From Camelus ferus (lineage: Eukaryota), in NCBI RefSeq assembly GCF_009834535.1, contig NC_045712.1, forward strand, positions 31,248,001-31,312,000: a DNA stretch of 64,000 bases, read 5' to 3'. The translations under genes were made by a program, and so were the position numbers. The notes under the pieces were generated by a model, which was not told where the DNA came from, made no database searches, and was given only the letters and a program-made list of their open reading frames with translations. Of this stretch, positions 50,052-60,545 are shown piece after piece; within the stretch, counting starts at the first letter, position 1; every line of letters starts with the position of its first letter.

Positions 50052-50795
50052 TTGTTTTTGTTTTTGTTTTAATCCTTTGGTATTAAAGGAAATTTCTGTC
50101 AAAATATTAGCTGAACATCAGCCAAATGAATAGAGATTTCAGTGACTACACACAATAAGGAATACAATCTTTGCAAAAATAGTTTGGAAAAGACACTAAA
50201 CAAATGGATTATAAAGGCCTAAAAAAAAAAATCCCCACAAAATGCAAAACTCCAGGAAGGAGGGAAAATCTGGTTTCCAGAGTTATAACATTATCATATT
50301 TGAATGTCCAGTGTTCAACAACAGCAAAAAAATCAAAAGGCATACAAAGAAACAAGAAAAAATAGCCCATTCAAAGTAACCAAATTAATAGACAGAAACA
50401 TTCCTCAAGAAAGCCCAGACATCAGACTTACTAAACAAAAACCATTCAGATATGTTCAGAGAGACAAAGGAAAACATGTACATATAAAAAGGGGAACAGG
50501 AAACACTATATAAACAAAATTAGAATATCAATAAAAGCTATAAAAACTATTAAAAAAAAAAACAACCAAAAACCTCTGTAGCTGAAATGAAAATCCAGCA
50601 GAGGGCTTCAGCAGCAAGTCTGAGCAAGGAGAACAAAGAACCAGCAAACGCGAGGACAGCACAGTTGAAAGTATGGAGTTTGCGAAAAGTAGAAAAACAA
50701 AGAAAGCCCGAGGAGCCGGTGGGACACTAACATCTGCACTTTGGGAGCCTCAGCGGGAGAGGGAACAGAGGAAGAGGCAGAAAGAACATCTGCAG

Positions 50796-50925
50796 GGGGA
50801 GGGCACAGCTCCAGTGGTGGACTGCATGCCCAGCATGCACAAGGTCCTGGGTTCACACCCCAGTACCTCCTCCAGGCAGAAATAAATGAACAAACCTAAT
50901 TACCTCCCCCTCATAAAACAAGTGA
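50796..50925 (+). mobile_element. tRNA-Ala-derived camelid SINE
   Basis: ggggagggcacagctccagtggtggactgcatgcccagcatgcacaaggtcctgggttcacaccccagtacctcc followed by aataaatgaacaaacctaattacctccccc. Putative TSD aaagaa(c/t)atct at 50781-50791 and 50926-50936. Confidence 0.85.
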
Positions 50926-51611
50926 AAAGAATATCTTTAAAAATGCCCCAATTTTGATGAAAGTTACGAATCTACAAATCCAAAAAGCTCAGTAAGTTTC
51001 AAGTATGATGAATACAAAGATACCCAAAACTAGACACATAATCAAACTACAGAAGCAACAGACAAAGAGGAAATCCTGAAAGCAGCAAGAGAGAAGTGAT
51101 CTGTTATAACAGGGATCCTCAAAAAGATTTGAGCTGATTTCTTATCAGAAACCATGGAGGCCAGAAGGCAACAGAAAGACACATTTAAAGTAGTAAAAGA
51201 AAAACAAAACCTTTCAGCCAAGAATTCCATATCCAGCAAAACTGTCCTTCAAAAATGAAGGTGAATTTAAGACATTCTTAGATGAACAAAATCTGAACTA
51301 GCTCATCACCACTGGCCTTGCACTGTAAGAAATGCTGCAAGGAGTCCTCAGGCTGAAATGAAGGCACACTAGACAGTAACTAGAGCTGTATGAGGAAATA
51401 GACCCCCTGTTATGGTAAACACAGGGGCAAATGTGAAAGCAGTTTTGTCATGTTTTGGGTTTCTACTTCCATTTTTTATTTCCTAGGTGATTTAAAAGAC
51501 AAACGTGTAAAAAAAGTCATTATAAGTCTGTTATTGGGCACACAATGTATAAAAATATGACTTTGAAAACAGTAATATGAAGAAGGGGACAGAGCTGTGT
51601 AGGAGTTTTAA

Positions 51612-51846
51612 AACTTTTTTTAATGCAATAAAATATATGTAACAGAAAATTTACCATTTTATCAATTTTAAATGTGCAATTTCAATGGCAGTATGTACAT
51701 ACAAAATGGTGTATAACCATCAATCCTACCCGTCTCCAGAACTCTCCCATCATCCCAAGGAAAAGCTCCGTTTGATCAGACAGGATCCCCTCCTCTTCCT
51801 CTCCCCCAAGCCCTGATGACTTCTATCCTACTCTCCATCTCTACAA
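51612..51846 (-). mobile_element. L1MA/L1MB-like 3' end fragment nested in the long L1
   Basis: aaaatatatgtaacagaaaatttaccattttatcaattttaaatgtgcaatttcaatggca is a reverse L1MB-type terminus. Host sequence resumes at ggagttttcatacgctactgaagttgg; ggagtttt occurs on both sides. Confidence 0.7.
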
Positions 51847-53102
51847 GTAAGGAGTGGAGTTTTCATACGCTACTGAAGTTGGTATCAATTCAGTTAGACT
51901 ATTACACATTTAGGATGTTAAATGCAATCTCTTTGATAACAACAAAGAAAATATCCAAAGAATATACACAAGAAATCACAAGTCAAATTGAACACAACAG
52001 GGCAGTAATGGAAGAAATGGGGGTCAAAAACAGCTATAAATCATACGGAAGACAACAAGACGGCAGAACTAAGCTCTTCCTTCCCAGGAATTATCTTAAA
52101 GGCAAAGGTACACTCCAAGCAAAAGGCAGAGGCTGGCAAACAGATGAAAAGCAAGATTCAACTACATACTGTCTACAGAAAAATTACTTTAAATCCAAAA
52201 CAAACAGATTTAAACTGAAAGAATGAAAAAAGATATGGCATGCAAAGGTAAGAGCTGGATGGCTCTAATACTATCAGAAGTAGCCTTTAAGTCAAAATAG
52301 CCACTGGACTAACAAAAGAAGGAAGTAGATACAAATAACTAAAATAAGAAATGAAAGTGAGGACCAACGCTACAAAAATAAGGATTATAAACTACTGTAT
52401 GCCGACAAATGGGGTACCATTGAAGAAATGGACAAATTCCTAGAAACACACAAATTTCTTAAACTGAGTCAAGAATAAATAGAAAATCTCAAAAGACCGA
52501 TCACAAGTAAAGAGATTGAGTCAGTAATCAAAAACCTCCCAACAAAGAAAAGTCCAGGACCAGGTGGCTCCACTGGGTAATTCCACCAAACATTATAAGA
52601 AGAATTAACTTCTCAAATTCTTCCAAAAAACCGAACAGGAAGGAACACTTACTAACTCATTCTATGAAGCCAGCATAACTGACGCCAAAGCTGGGCTACA
52701 ACACAAGAAAAAATTATGGGCCTTATGAATATATTCCTTACGAATATAGAGGCAAAATCCTCAACAAAACACTAGGAAGCCAAACCCAACATCACAGTAT
52801 AAGGATTATACATCACGACCAAATGGATTTATACCAGAAATGCAAGGCTGGTTCAACATGACAAAATCAATCAATTTAACACATCACATTAACAGAAGAA
52901 AGGGAAAAAAAGTAATCTCAATTGATGCAGAAAAGAAACCTTATAAAAACCCAACAGTTTTCCATAATAAAAACTCCCAGAGAAGTAGGACTAGAAGGAC
53001 ATCTCTATTAGCTATTCATTCTAATAGCTAAGGCTATTATTAGTTCTAAAGCTACTAGCATAAATGAATTCATCAAAGTTGCAGGGTACAGGACCAACAC
53101 TC

Positions 53103-53281
53103 NNNNNNNNNNNNNNNNNNNNNNNNNNNNNNNNNNNNNNNNNNNNNNNNNNNNNNNNNNNNNNNNNNNNNNNNNNNNNNNNNNNNNNNNNNNNNNNNNN
53201 NNNNNNNNNNNNNNNNNNNNNNNNNNNNNNNNNNNNNNNNNNNNNNNNNNNNNNNNNNNNNNNNNNNNNNNNNNNNNNNNN
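53103..53281. other. Assembly gap (179 N) within L1 ORF2
   Basis: Run of N in the sequence. Confidence 1.
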
Positions 53282-53343
53282 GAATAAATGGAAAAGCACC
53301 TCATGTTCATGGATAGAAAGAATTAATATTGTTAAGGTGTCAA

Positions 53344-53749
53344 TACTAACAGTTTAACAGTGTCCTCCTAAAACTAATGTCCACCAGAACTTTAGAATGT
53401 AGACTTACTTGGAAATAATTGGTTAAGATGAAGTCACACTGGATCAGGGTGGGTCCTGTATCTATCATGACAGGTGTCCTTACAAGAAGAGGGAAATATG
53501 TGCTTAGAGACAGACAAACTAAGGGAAGAGTGTCTGTTAAGATGGAGCAGAGACTAAAGTTATGCAGCTGCAAGCCAAGGAACATTAAGGATTTGCAGAA
53601 AACACCAGAGGGTAAGAAAAAGGCATGGAAGAGATTCTTCCCAAGATCCTTTGGGCCAAGACAGAGCCCAGCCCTGAGAACACCTGATTTGTTTTTTAAG
53701 CCATGCCAGTATGTGGTGCTTTGTTACAGCAACCTTTGGTAACTAATAA
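53344..53749 (+). mobile_element. MLT1C-like MaLR solo LTR inserted in L1 ORF2
   Basis: tggttaagatgaagtcacactggatcagggtgggtcc..atgcagctgcaagccaaggaac..tttaagccatgccagtatgtggtgctttgttacagcaacc..aactaata. The L1 reads through across it (gttaaggtgtcaata | accaccatagcaatcttcagattcaacgcaatccc). Confidence 0.8.
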
Positions 53750-55264
53750 ACCACCATAGCAATCTTCAGATTCAACGCAATCCCTGTCAAAATTTGAACA
53801 TCTTTTCTTCCTGGTAATGGAAAACCAATCTGCGAATTCATATGGAAAACAATGTTGAAAAAGAATAACAAAGCTGAAAGACTCACACTTTGCAATTTCA
53901 AAATGTACAACAAAGTTACACTATCGAGACAGTATGGTATTGACATGAGGTAGGCATGGGCCAATGGGAGAGAACTGAGAGTCCAAAAATAAACTCATAT
54001 ATGTATGGCCAATTGATCTGGGGCCAGGGTGCAGAGACCATGAAATGGAGAAAAAACAGTCTCTTCAACAGATGCCCACAAGCAAAAGGATGACGCTGGA
54101 CCCCTACCTCACATCACATAAAAAATTAACTCAAAATGGGCCAAGGATAAAGATCATAGAATTCTTAGAAGAAAACACAAGGGTGAATCTTCATGACCTT
54201 TTCATTGAAAACAGAGTTAGAGATGACACTAAAGCATGAGCAACCAAAGGAAAAAACAGGTAAGTTGGACTTTATCAAAAACAAAAGCCTTTTGCATCAA
54301 AGGACATTATCAACAGGTGAAAAGACAACTAACTGAATGAAAGAAAACATATGCAAACTGTATAGCTGACTAGGGACTTGTATCCAGAATATATAAAGAA
54401 CTGCTACAACCCAGTAAAGACAGACATTCCTCCAGAGAAGACACACGCGTGCCCACGTAGCACGTGAAAAGGTGCTCAACATCATGACTTACCAGAGAAA
54501 CGCAACTCAAAACCACGAGACACCACTCACACTTACTGGGATGGCCACACAAAACAGAACAAAACAAAGCAAACAGAAAAGAATGGATGTTGGCAAGGAA
54601 GTGAGGCGCTGGAGCCCTCCTACGCTGCCGGTAGGAACGTCAAGTGGTGCAGCTGCTGTAGAGAACAGCACGGCGGTTCCTCAGAATACCAAAAATGGAA
54701 TCCCCACGTGATCTAGCAGTCCCACTGCTGGGCTGGTACCCACAACTGAAAGCAGAGTCTGGAAGAGAGGTTTGCACACCCACGTTCACAGCAGCATTAC
54801 GTGCAATTACCAAAGGCTGGAAGCAACTCCAGTGTCTATGACAGGTGACAGGCAAACAAAACGGGGTCCACACGTAAGATGGACCAGGACTCAGCCACTG
54901 AAAGGAAGGACATTCTGACACCGGCTACAACACGGATGAACCTCGAGGACATGATGCCAAGTGAAACGAGCCCGTCACAAAGGAGAAATAGTGCGGGACT
55001 CCACTCATACGCGGTCCCTAGAGGAGCCTAGAGACAGAAAGTGGCTGGGGGCTACGGGGGACTGGGGAAGGGGGGGTGTGTTTAATAGGAACAGAGCTTC
55101 TGTTTAGAAGAATGAAAAAGTTCCGCAGATGTGCAGGGTGACGGCCGCACAGCAGCGTGAATAATGCCAATGCCACTGAATTGGCACTTGGTTACAGTGG
55201 CTAGTGGTAAATTTTATGCTGCATATGCTCTACCACGATAAAAGAGTGGCTTAAAAAACGTAAA

Positions 55265-55850
55265 GGCTGTTGTGAATGGAATGGATAGAAAGTCACTAGA
55301 TGAAAGACTGTTGGAAACAGCACATTCCACGGTCTCAAAGCATCACCCACAGGCTAATTCATTCCGAAGGGGAAAAGGTACCTTAAAATCGGGATAACAG
55401 GTGTACACCACTTTCCCCAAGTGATCAAATCTAACGTCACCAAGACCAGGTGACGTCACTGTTCCTGACGTGACCACCAAGAAGGGCCCCAACCCGAGTC
55501 TAATCGTGAAGGAACGCTCGGGTGTACACAGGGCGGGGGCATGCTGCAGCACCAGCGGCCTGGCCCCTCAACAGCGCCAGTGCTGTGGGAGACGGCCCGG
55601 TGCCTGCGCGGCCGTTCTACAGAGCAGAGGGCACCGCGGGGACAAAGGACACACGGTGCGGACCCTTGACTGAATCCTGGGTTTTCAAAACTCGGTCATC
55701 AAGGGCACGATTGGGACGCCCAGGAAAACGGACCATGGCCTCCACGTCAGACGTAGAGGGTGGTTGCTTGGCCGTGGTCGGTAGAATGCTCTTGTTCTTG
55801 GGAGACAGGTCCATGTGGAGGTACCTGGGGACGAAACCACCCAGCAGTCA
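55265..55850 (+). mobile_element. L1MC4-like 3' UTR fossil, GC-shifted
   Basis: gtctcaaagcatcacccacaggctaattc..accactttccccaagtgatcaaatctaacgtcacca..gaatgctcttgttcttgggaga resembles the L1MC4 3' end. Confidence 0.6.
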
Positions 55851-56601
55851 CGGCAGCGTCCAGCGGGACCAGGGGTGCCCTGGGCCAGCGGGAAGAACCA
55901 CGTGGCCTCCAGGAGAACCACGGCAGGGGAGTAACAGGGCTGACGCCAGACTGTGAAACTCCACGCCGGAGCAGGGACGGGAGAGTCAAGCCCCGGGAAG
56001 ACGACAGACGTGGGAGGGCCGGCGGGGCTGGGCTGGAGGACAGGCGGTCTACGGAGCTGACCTGCTGAGACAGCAGCGCAGGGGCAGATCTAAGGAGAGA
56101 CTCGCCACTTGTTCACTGAAGACCAATCAAAAGGAAGGGAGCTTGAATGGTGTCAGTGATGCCGTCAGACGGAAGGATGGACCTGCAGTTAGAACACATC
56201 AGTCCAGGACCCGAGGGAGGGTCGTGGGGCGGGGACCTCCAGAGGGCAGCGTGCCGGCCTACCCGCCCTCCTGCAAGGACGGCACACGCCTCCCTGCTCA
56301 AACACAAACTTGAGCGGTGGCCTGAGAATTAAAGCCAATTGCTAAAAACGAGCCAGCAATGAACAGGCTTGATAGAGACAACCCACATCCATCCTGTGAG
56401 GTCCTGTCCCACAGACGGCACGTTCCCGACTCCCTTCCCTGCCAGAAGAAAGCCATCACCCCGTGCTGCGCCCATGACCCACAGGACCATGGACTGGGCT
56501 TTGATTTGCTCTGAGAAACGAGCTGTGGTGCTGTGTACGTAATTAAACATACAGACCAGCGGCGGGAGGGGGCCGACGTGGTCAACAGAGTCACAGAGGC
56601 G

Positions 56602-56611
56602 CTAAAAATAG
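56602..56611 (+). promoter_or_regulatory. Perfect MEF2 consensus site (CTAAAAATAG); function unproven
   Basis: Exact YTAWWWWTAR match in DNA I could not assign to a repeat. Confidence 0.35.
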
Positions 56612-58445
56612 CAGCCGGCTGCAGGCTGGAGGGGGCGCCCGGGGCACCGCTGACAGGAGGGTCTGCCGATTCGCCAAGGGTCTCTTCCATTTAGCCAGGC
56701 CTTTTAATCAAGATTTTAAGGCTCCCTGTGGGCATGGAGCAGCAGCTGGTGGGCAGATGACAAACCGAAGGTTACAGCGGGGCCACAGAGGGCTCGCAGA
56801 AGAGTCCCCAGTCGTGAATTCCAGCTCAAAAACTCACCAACGACCCGCATTCCTGAGGACAGGTATCTAAACCAGAGTTTGGAACCTGGTGGGCACACAG
56901 GTTCGGACCACACGCAGCCTTTAATTTGTTTTGTTTACACCACACAGTTTCTTCTCTCTCCTCCAACTCCTTCCTCTTCTTTTTTTAAGCGTGAAGAGTC
57001 TGACACCTAAAACCCCCCATAAACCGGTGTCTCCAGCTCGGCGCCTGCAGAAGGCGTGCGAGCAAGGGTGCCTCGTGCCCACCACGCCCCGGGGACCCCG
57101 TCGCCCATGCTCACGTGCTCCTGCAGCCTGCTCGGCCACTTCCGAGCCGAACCTTCCGTAAAACCGGCTCACGTTCCTGGCCTGTGCCACCTCACGGTGC
57201 TTCCGCGACACCCTGTCGACCTTGCAGAAACCCCTCCTGGCCCTGTTTGGAGTTGGTGGAGGGGTCTGTTCACTCTCGCCACCTTGCCGGGCGCTGCAGC
57301 CCCTGTTCTGTTTGGACTGTCTCCTCAGAGCGACGCAGCCTGCTTCCTCCCCGCCACCGCCCCCACCTCAGCCCTGCTTTACTAATTTCAGGCATCCTTC
57401 TCTGGACCTTCTCCAGATAGGTCATACCTTTTTTTTTCTTGAGGCAATGTCCCCAATTTTATCATGGAAATCATAAATACTGCTGGATTTTTTTTTAAGA
57501 TTTTCATCCATGAGAAAGCCAAGAGGAGGAAGAGAAACGTGTAACCACTAGTCAATTTCCAGGTGCACAAGGACACACACCAAACCCAGGTACCACAGGA
57601 CACACGCAGGAAAGCAGACTAGGGCAAGCGAGAACAGTCAGCTGGGACCCGAGGAGGCAGCCGGGGCGGACCACACACCCACAGAGCCCTTGCAGGCCCG
57701 GTGACCCCAGCTCCCCTGCCCCGCCCACTAGGTCGGGTGTGGCCTCTCAGGCCCCCCCACCCGCCCCACCACTCGCTCTCCGCTGCTCCGCTCACCAGCC
57801 TCGCTGGCCTCCTGTGAGCCCTCAGATGCCCCCAACAGCTCTCCGCCCACCTTGCCGCCCCTTCCAGCAAGAGAGCTCCTGCCCAAGATGCTGTCCTGGT
57901 CGCTGCCTCACTTGTGTCACGGCCCTGCCCAAACGTCACCTCCCTGCATGGAAGAGCACAGCCAACAGGGCCCTCAGGGGTGATGACAGCATTCTGAGAC
58001 CACGTGGACGCAGGAAATGCACGGAAGGAAGTGTGTGTTTCATGACTCCTGCCTCAGTCGAGAGAAAAGCATGCCCACCCATCACTCTCTGGCCCCCTGA
58101 AACCGCCGTTTCTCTTCACAGGAGGGTCACTGGCTGACTTGATCATTCCCCGCAGGCCTGCAGTGCGGCTCCCTGAACCTCCTTCCACATGGGCAGGGGC
58201 TCTGCCCCATGCACAGCAGGGCCCCACACGACAGCAGTGTGCTGGCTGCGGGGACCCGTGAGGCCACGGGGCATCCAGGTGAGGGCGAGACTGTGGCCTT
58301 GGCCTGCCAGCCCACCTGGAGGTGTGACAGAGAGAAGGGCCCTGGTTCACAGAGGGGATGCCACTGGTGAAATGAGACCCAAACTCCTCGCCCGCAGACC
58401 CACACACAGGACCCTGTGGAAACCCACCAGGGCACATGACCGGGC

Positions 58446-58650
58446 ATGGGGGGAGGAAGGGGGGAGGAGGAGGGATGGGAGGAGGGGAGGAGGGGGAGGA
58501 GTGGGGAGGAGGGGAAGCAGAAGGGAGGAGGGGGAGCAGGAGGAGCCGGGGGTAGGGGACTAGGGGGAGAAGCAGCGGGAGGAGGAAGGGAGAAGGAACA
58601 GGAAGAGGAGCATGAGGAGGAGGAGTGGGAGGAGGGGAGGAGGTGGGGGA
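58446..58650. repeat. Purine-rich (GGA/GGGAG) low-complexity tract
   Basis: Almost exclusively G/A on the plus strand. Confidence 0.9.
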
Positions 58651-58929
58651 AAGCTGGCCCCGCCCCGCCCTAGGATGCCAGCTCCTCCAGCAGATCTCCT
58701 GGAGACAAAGGAGAAGCATTTCAATAAGTCCCTCTTCCTCCTACAAAAACTATGGATGTTCCGTCCTGGGCTTATGCAACAGGACCACAGCAATGGGGGG
58801 CTGGGGGCGGCCCTCTCCTCCCTCCTCGGACTGCAGAGTGCAGAGGGGGTCGGGGGCAAGGCAGAGGGTGGCTGAGCACCCTGGCCACCGGGAAGTTCCG
58901 GCATCCAGCGCACGCCCAGAGGGGTCGTC

Positions 58930-59030
58930 ACCTGGAGCCCAGCAGGCAGACGGGTTCACATCCCAGCTCTGCTGCAGGACTTCGGGCTAGTGACCTGGCC
59001 TCCCGGGGCCTCGGAGTCATCTGTCAAACA
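58930..59030 (+). mobile_element. MIR fragment
   Basis: ggagcccagcaggcagacgggttcacatcccagctctgc..gtgacctgg..ctcggagtcatctgtcaaa is colinear with the MIR 5' half and core. Confidence 0.45.
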
Positions 59031-60469
59031 GGACCGCGCTGTCCCCGTCCAGCAGGGGCACCATGAGGACACCTGAGAGACCACAGGCGAGCCCAGGCCC
59101 TGCGTCGGGAGGGGCCGAGTCTGCGCACAGAGGCGTGGGTGAGCACACCGCCCAGGCGCAGGACAGCACCCCGTACCTGAGCAGGGTCACAGCAACGAGG
59201 TACATGAGATGCTCCGCGTGCATCTCACACACACGATGACAACACATCTCAACACACTGAGTTCACGAATGGAAGGGACGACCAGTATTCTTTTATTAGA
59301 CTGATGGAATGTTCCATGTTTTCCCAAGCCACACAAATATATCTGCATTTAACGAGACAGTTGTGCCTACCTGTCAGGCCTAAATAATCGGGCTGCCAAA
59401 AAAGAGCTACAGCGACTCAAATACAGATACACTGCAGGATCCCTGGGGAGCTCAGAGAAGCTACAAGATTTCAAGGGACCGTGTGAAAGACACTTCCTGA
59501 CGCCCTGTGTGCGGCAGAGCCTCAGGGCTGACCCCTAGCCAGTGCTGCTAACCCAGAGCCCACAGGACCCCGACCTCATCTGGGCCTCAGTCCCCCACCC
59601 AGTAAGGGCTCAGCCAGCCAGCCCGGGACCTGCTCCCAGCTCCGGGGATCTCCAGTCGCACAGCCCCTCCCTCCCGGGTGAGCTCTGCCGGGCTGGCCAG
59701 GACCGAGCCTGCGGGGAGCTGCAGGGAGAGGCGCCCGTCTACCCTCCCCTCTAGCCTCCTCTGTGCACCCTGGACCAGAACAGCGAGCTGAGTCTCTTCC
59801 AGGGCTCGGACCCTCTCTGCAGGCCCCCACCCCAGGACTTTAGGATATGACCACTGGTTACCCTCCACCCAGCAAGATGCCAGACCCACCAAGACTGACG
59901 GCAGCCTTCCTTCCCCAGGCGGCCACCTCCTCGTCTGCTGTCCACATCTCACCTGGGGACCCTTCCGAGGGACAGCCCCCAGGCTGAAGTGCTGAAGATG
60001 CCTTCCTTCATCTCTCCTGAACGTGTCTTCTAGAAAAGGTGGAGGACGGGCGCTGGGGTGGCCTGGAACAAAATGCACCTGGAGGTGCGTGGTCCCCGAG
60101 GAGTGGGACAGCAGGGAGGGCGAGCACGCAGGGTTTCCCTCCGGCAGCGGAGCTGCTCTAAGCAGCCTGCCTGCGCTGGAGAGGAAACGTGAGGAAGAAT
60201 GCTCCAGGACAGGCTAGCCTCCTTTCCCCGCTCCCTCCCCACCATCACCAGAACCTTAGGAAGAGCTCAGCCCAGAGGCGGCTGCCGGGTGTCCTCGCAC
60301 AAGTGTGGACAGGGGTTCCGAACATCCCGAAGGGCCGAGTCCTGGCTCCAGAGCTGTGCTGACCATGAGCCAGCTGCTGGCCTGGCTCCTGGAGGGAGTG
60401 AAGGCCCTGAGGGCCTACAGCCTGCGGGAGCCCTGAGCTGGGCACGGGGAACAAGTATGTGAAGGAGGG

Positions 60470-60545
60470 GCCACTGTCCCCATTTTACAGACGGAGAAAT
60501 TGATGCCCGGAGACACTGGCCTGAGGCACCCAGTGAGTGGAAGCA
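60470..60545 (-). mobile_element. MIR fragment
   Basis: ccccattttacagacggagaaattgatgcc is the reverse MIR core. Confidence 0.55.

Larger units (their letters stand above)
48950..55243 (+). mobile_element. Near-full-length ancient L1 (L1M3-type 5' end, ORF1, ORF2 with internal deletions, L1MB-like 3' UTR), antisense to CHCHD6, carrying four nested insertions and an N gap
   Basis: 5' region aaactgtcagagctaactttgacagaactctg; ORF1 gaaatcctgaaagcagcaagagagaag; ORF2 gaagaaatggacaaattcctagaaacacac and atgcaaggctggttcaacat; 3' end ggtaaattttatgctgcatatgctctaccacgataaaa. Both ORFs are disrupted by stops and frameshifts. Confidence 0.85.

Noticed and set aside
50796-50870. Possible tRNA-Ala gene
   Set aside because: Mutated D-arm, anticodon arm and B-box, a SINE tail and a TSD indicate a SINE copy.
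53008-53357. ORFs spanning poly-X
   Set aside because: Artefacts of translating across the N gap.
51816-54239. ORFs with L1-like peptides (51816-52226, 52840-53031, 54045-54239)
   Set aside because: Short remnants of a dead L1 with stops, frameshifts, deletions and insertions; not a functional ORF1 or ORF2.
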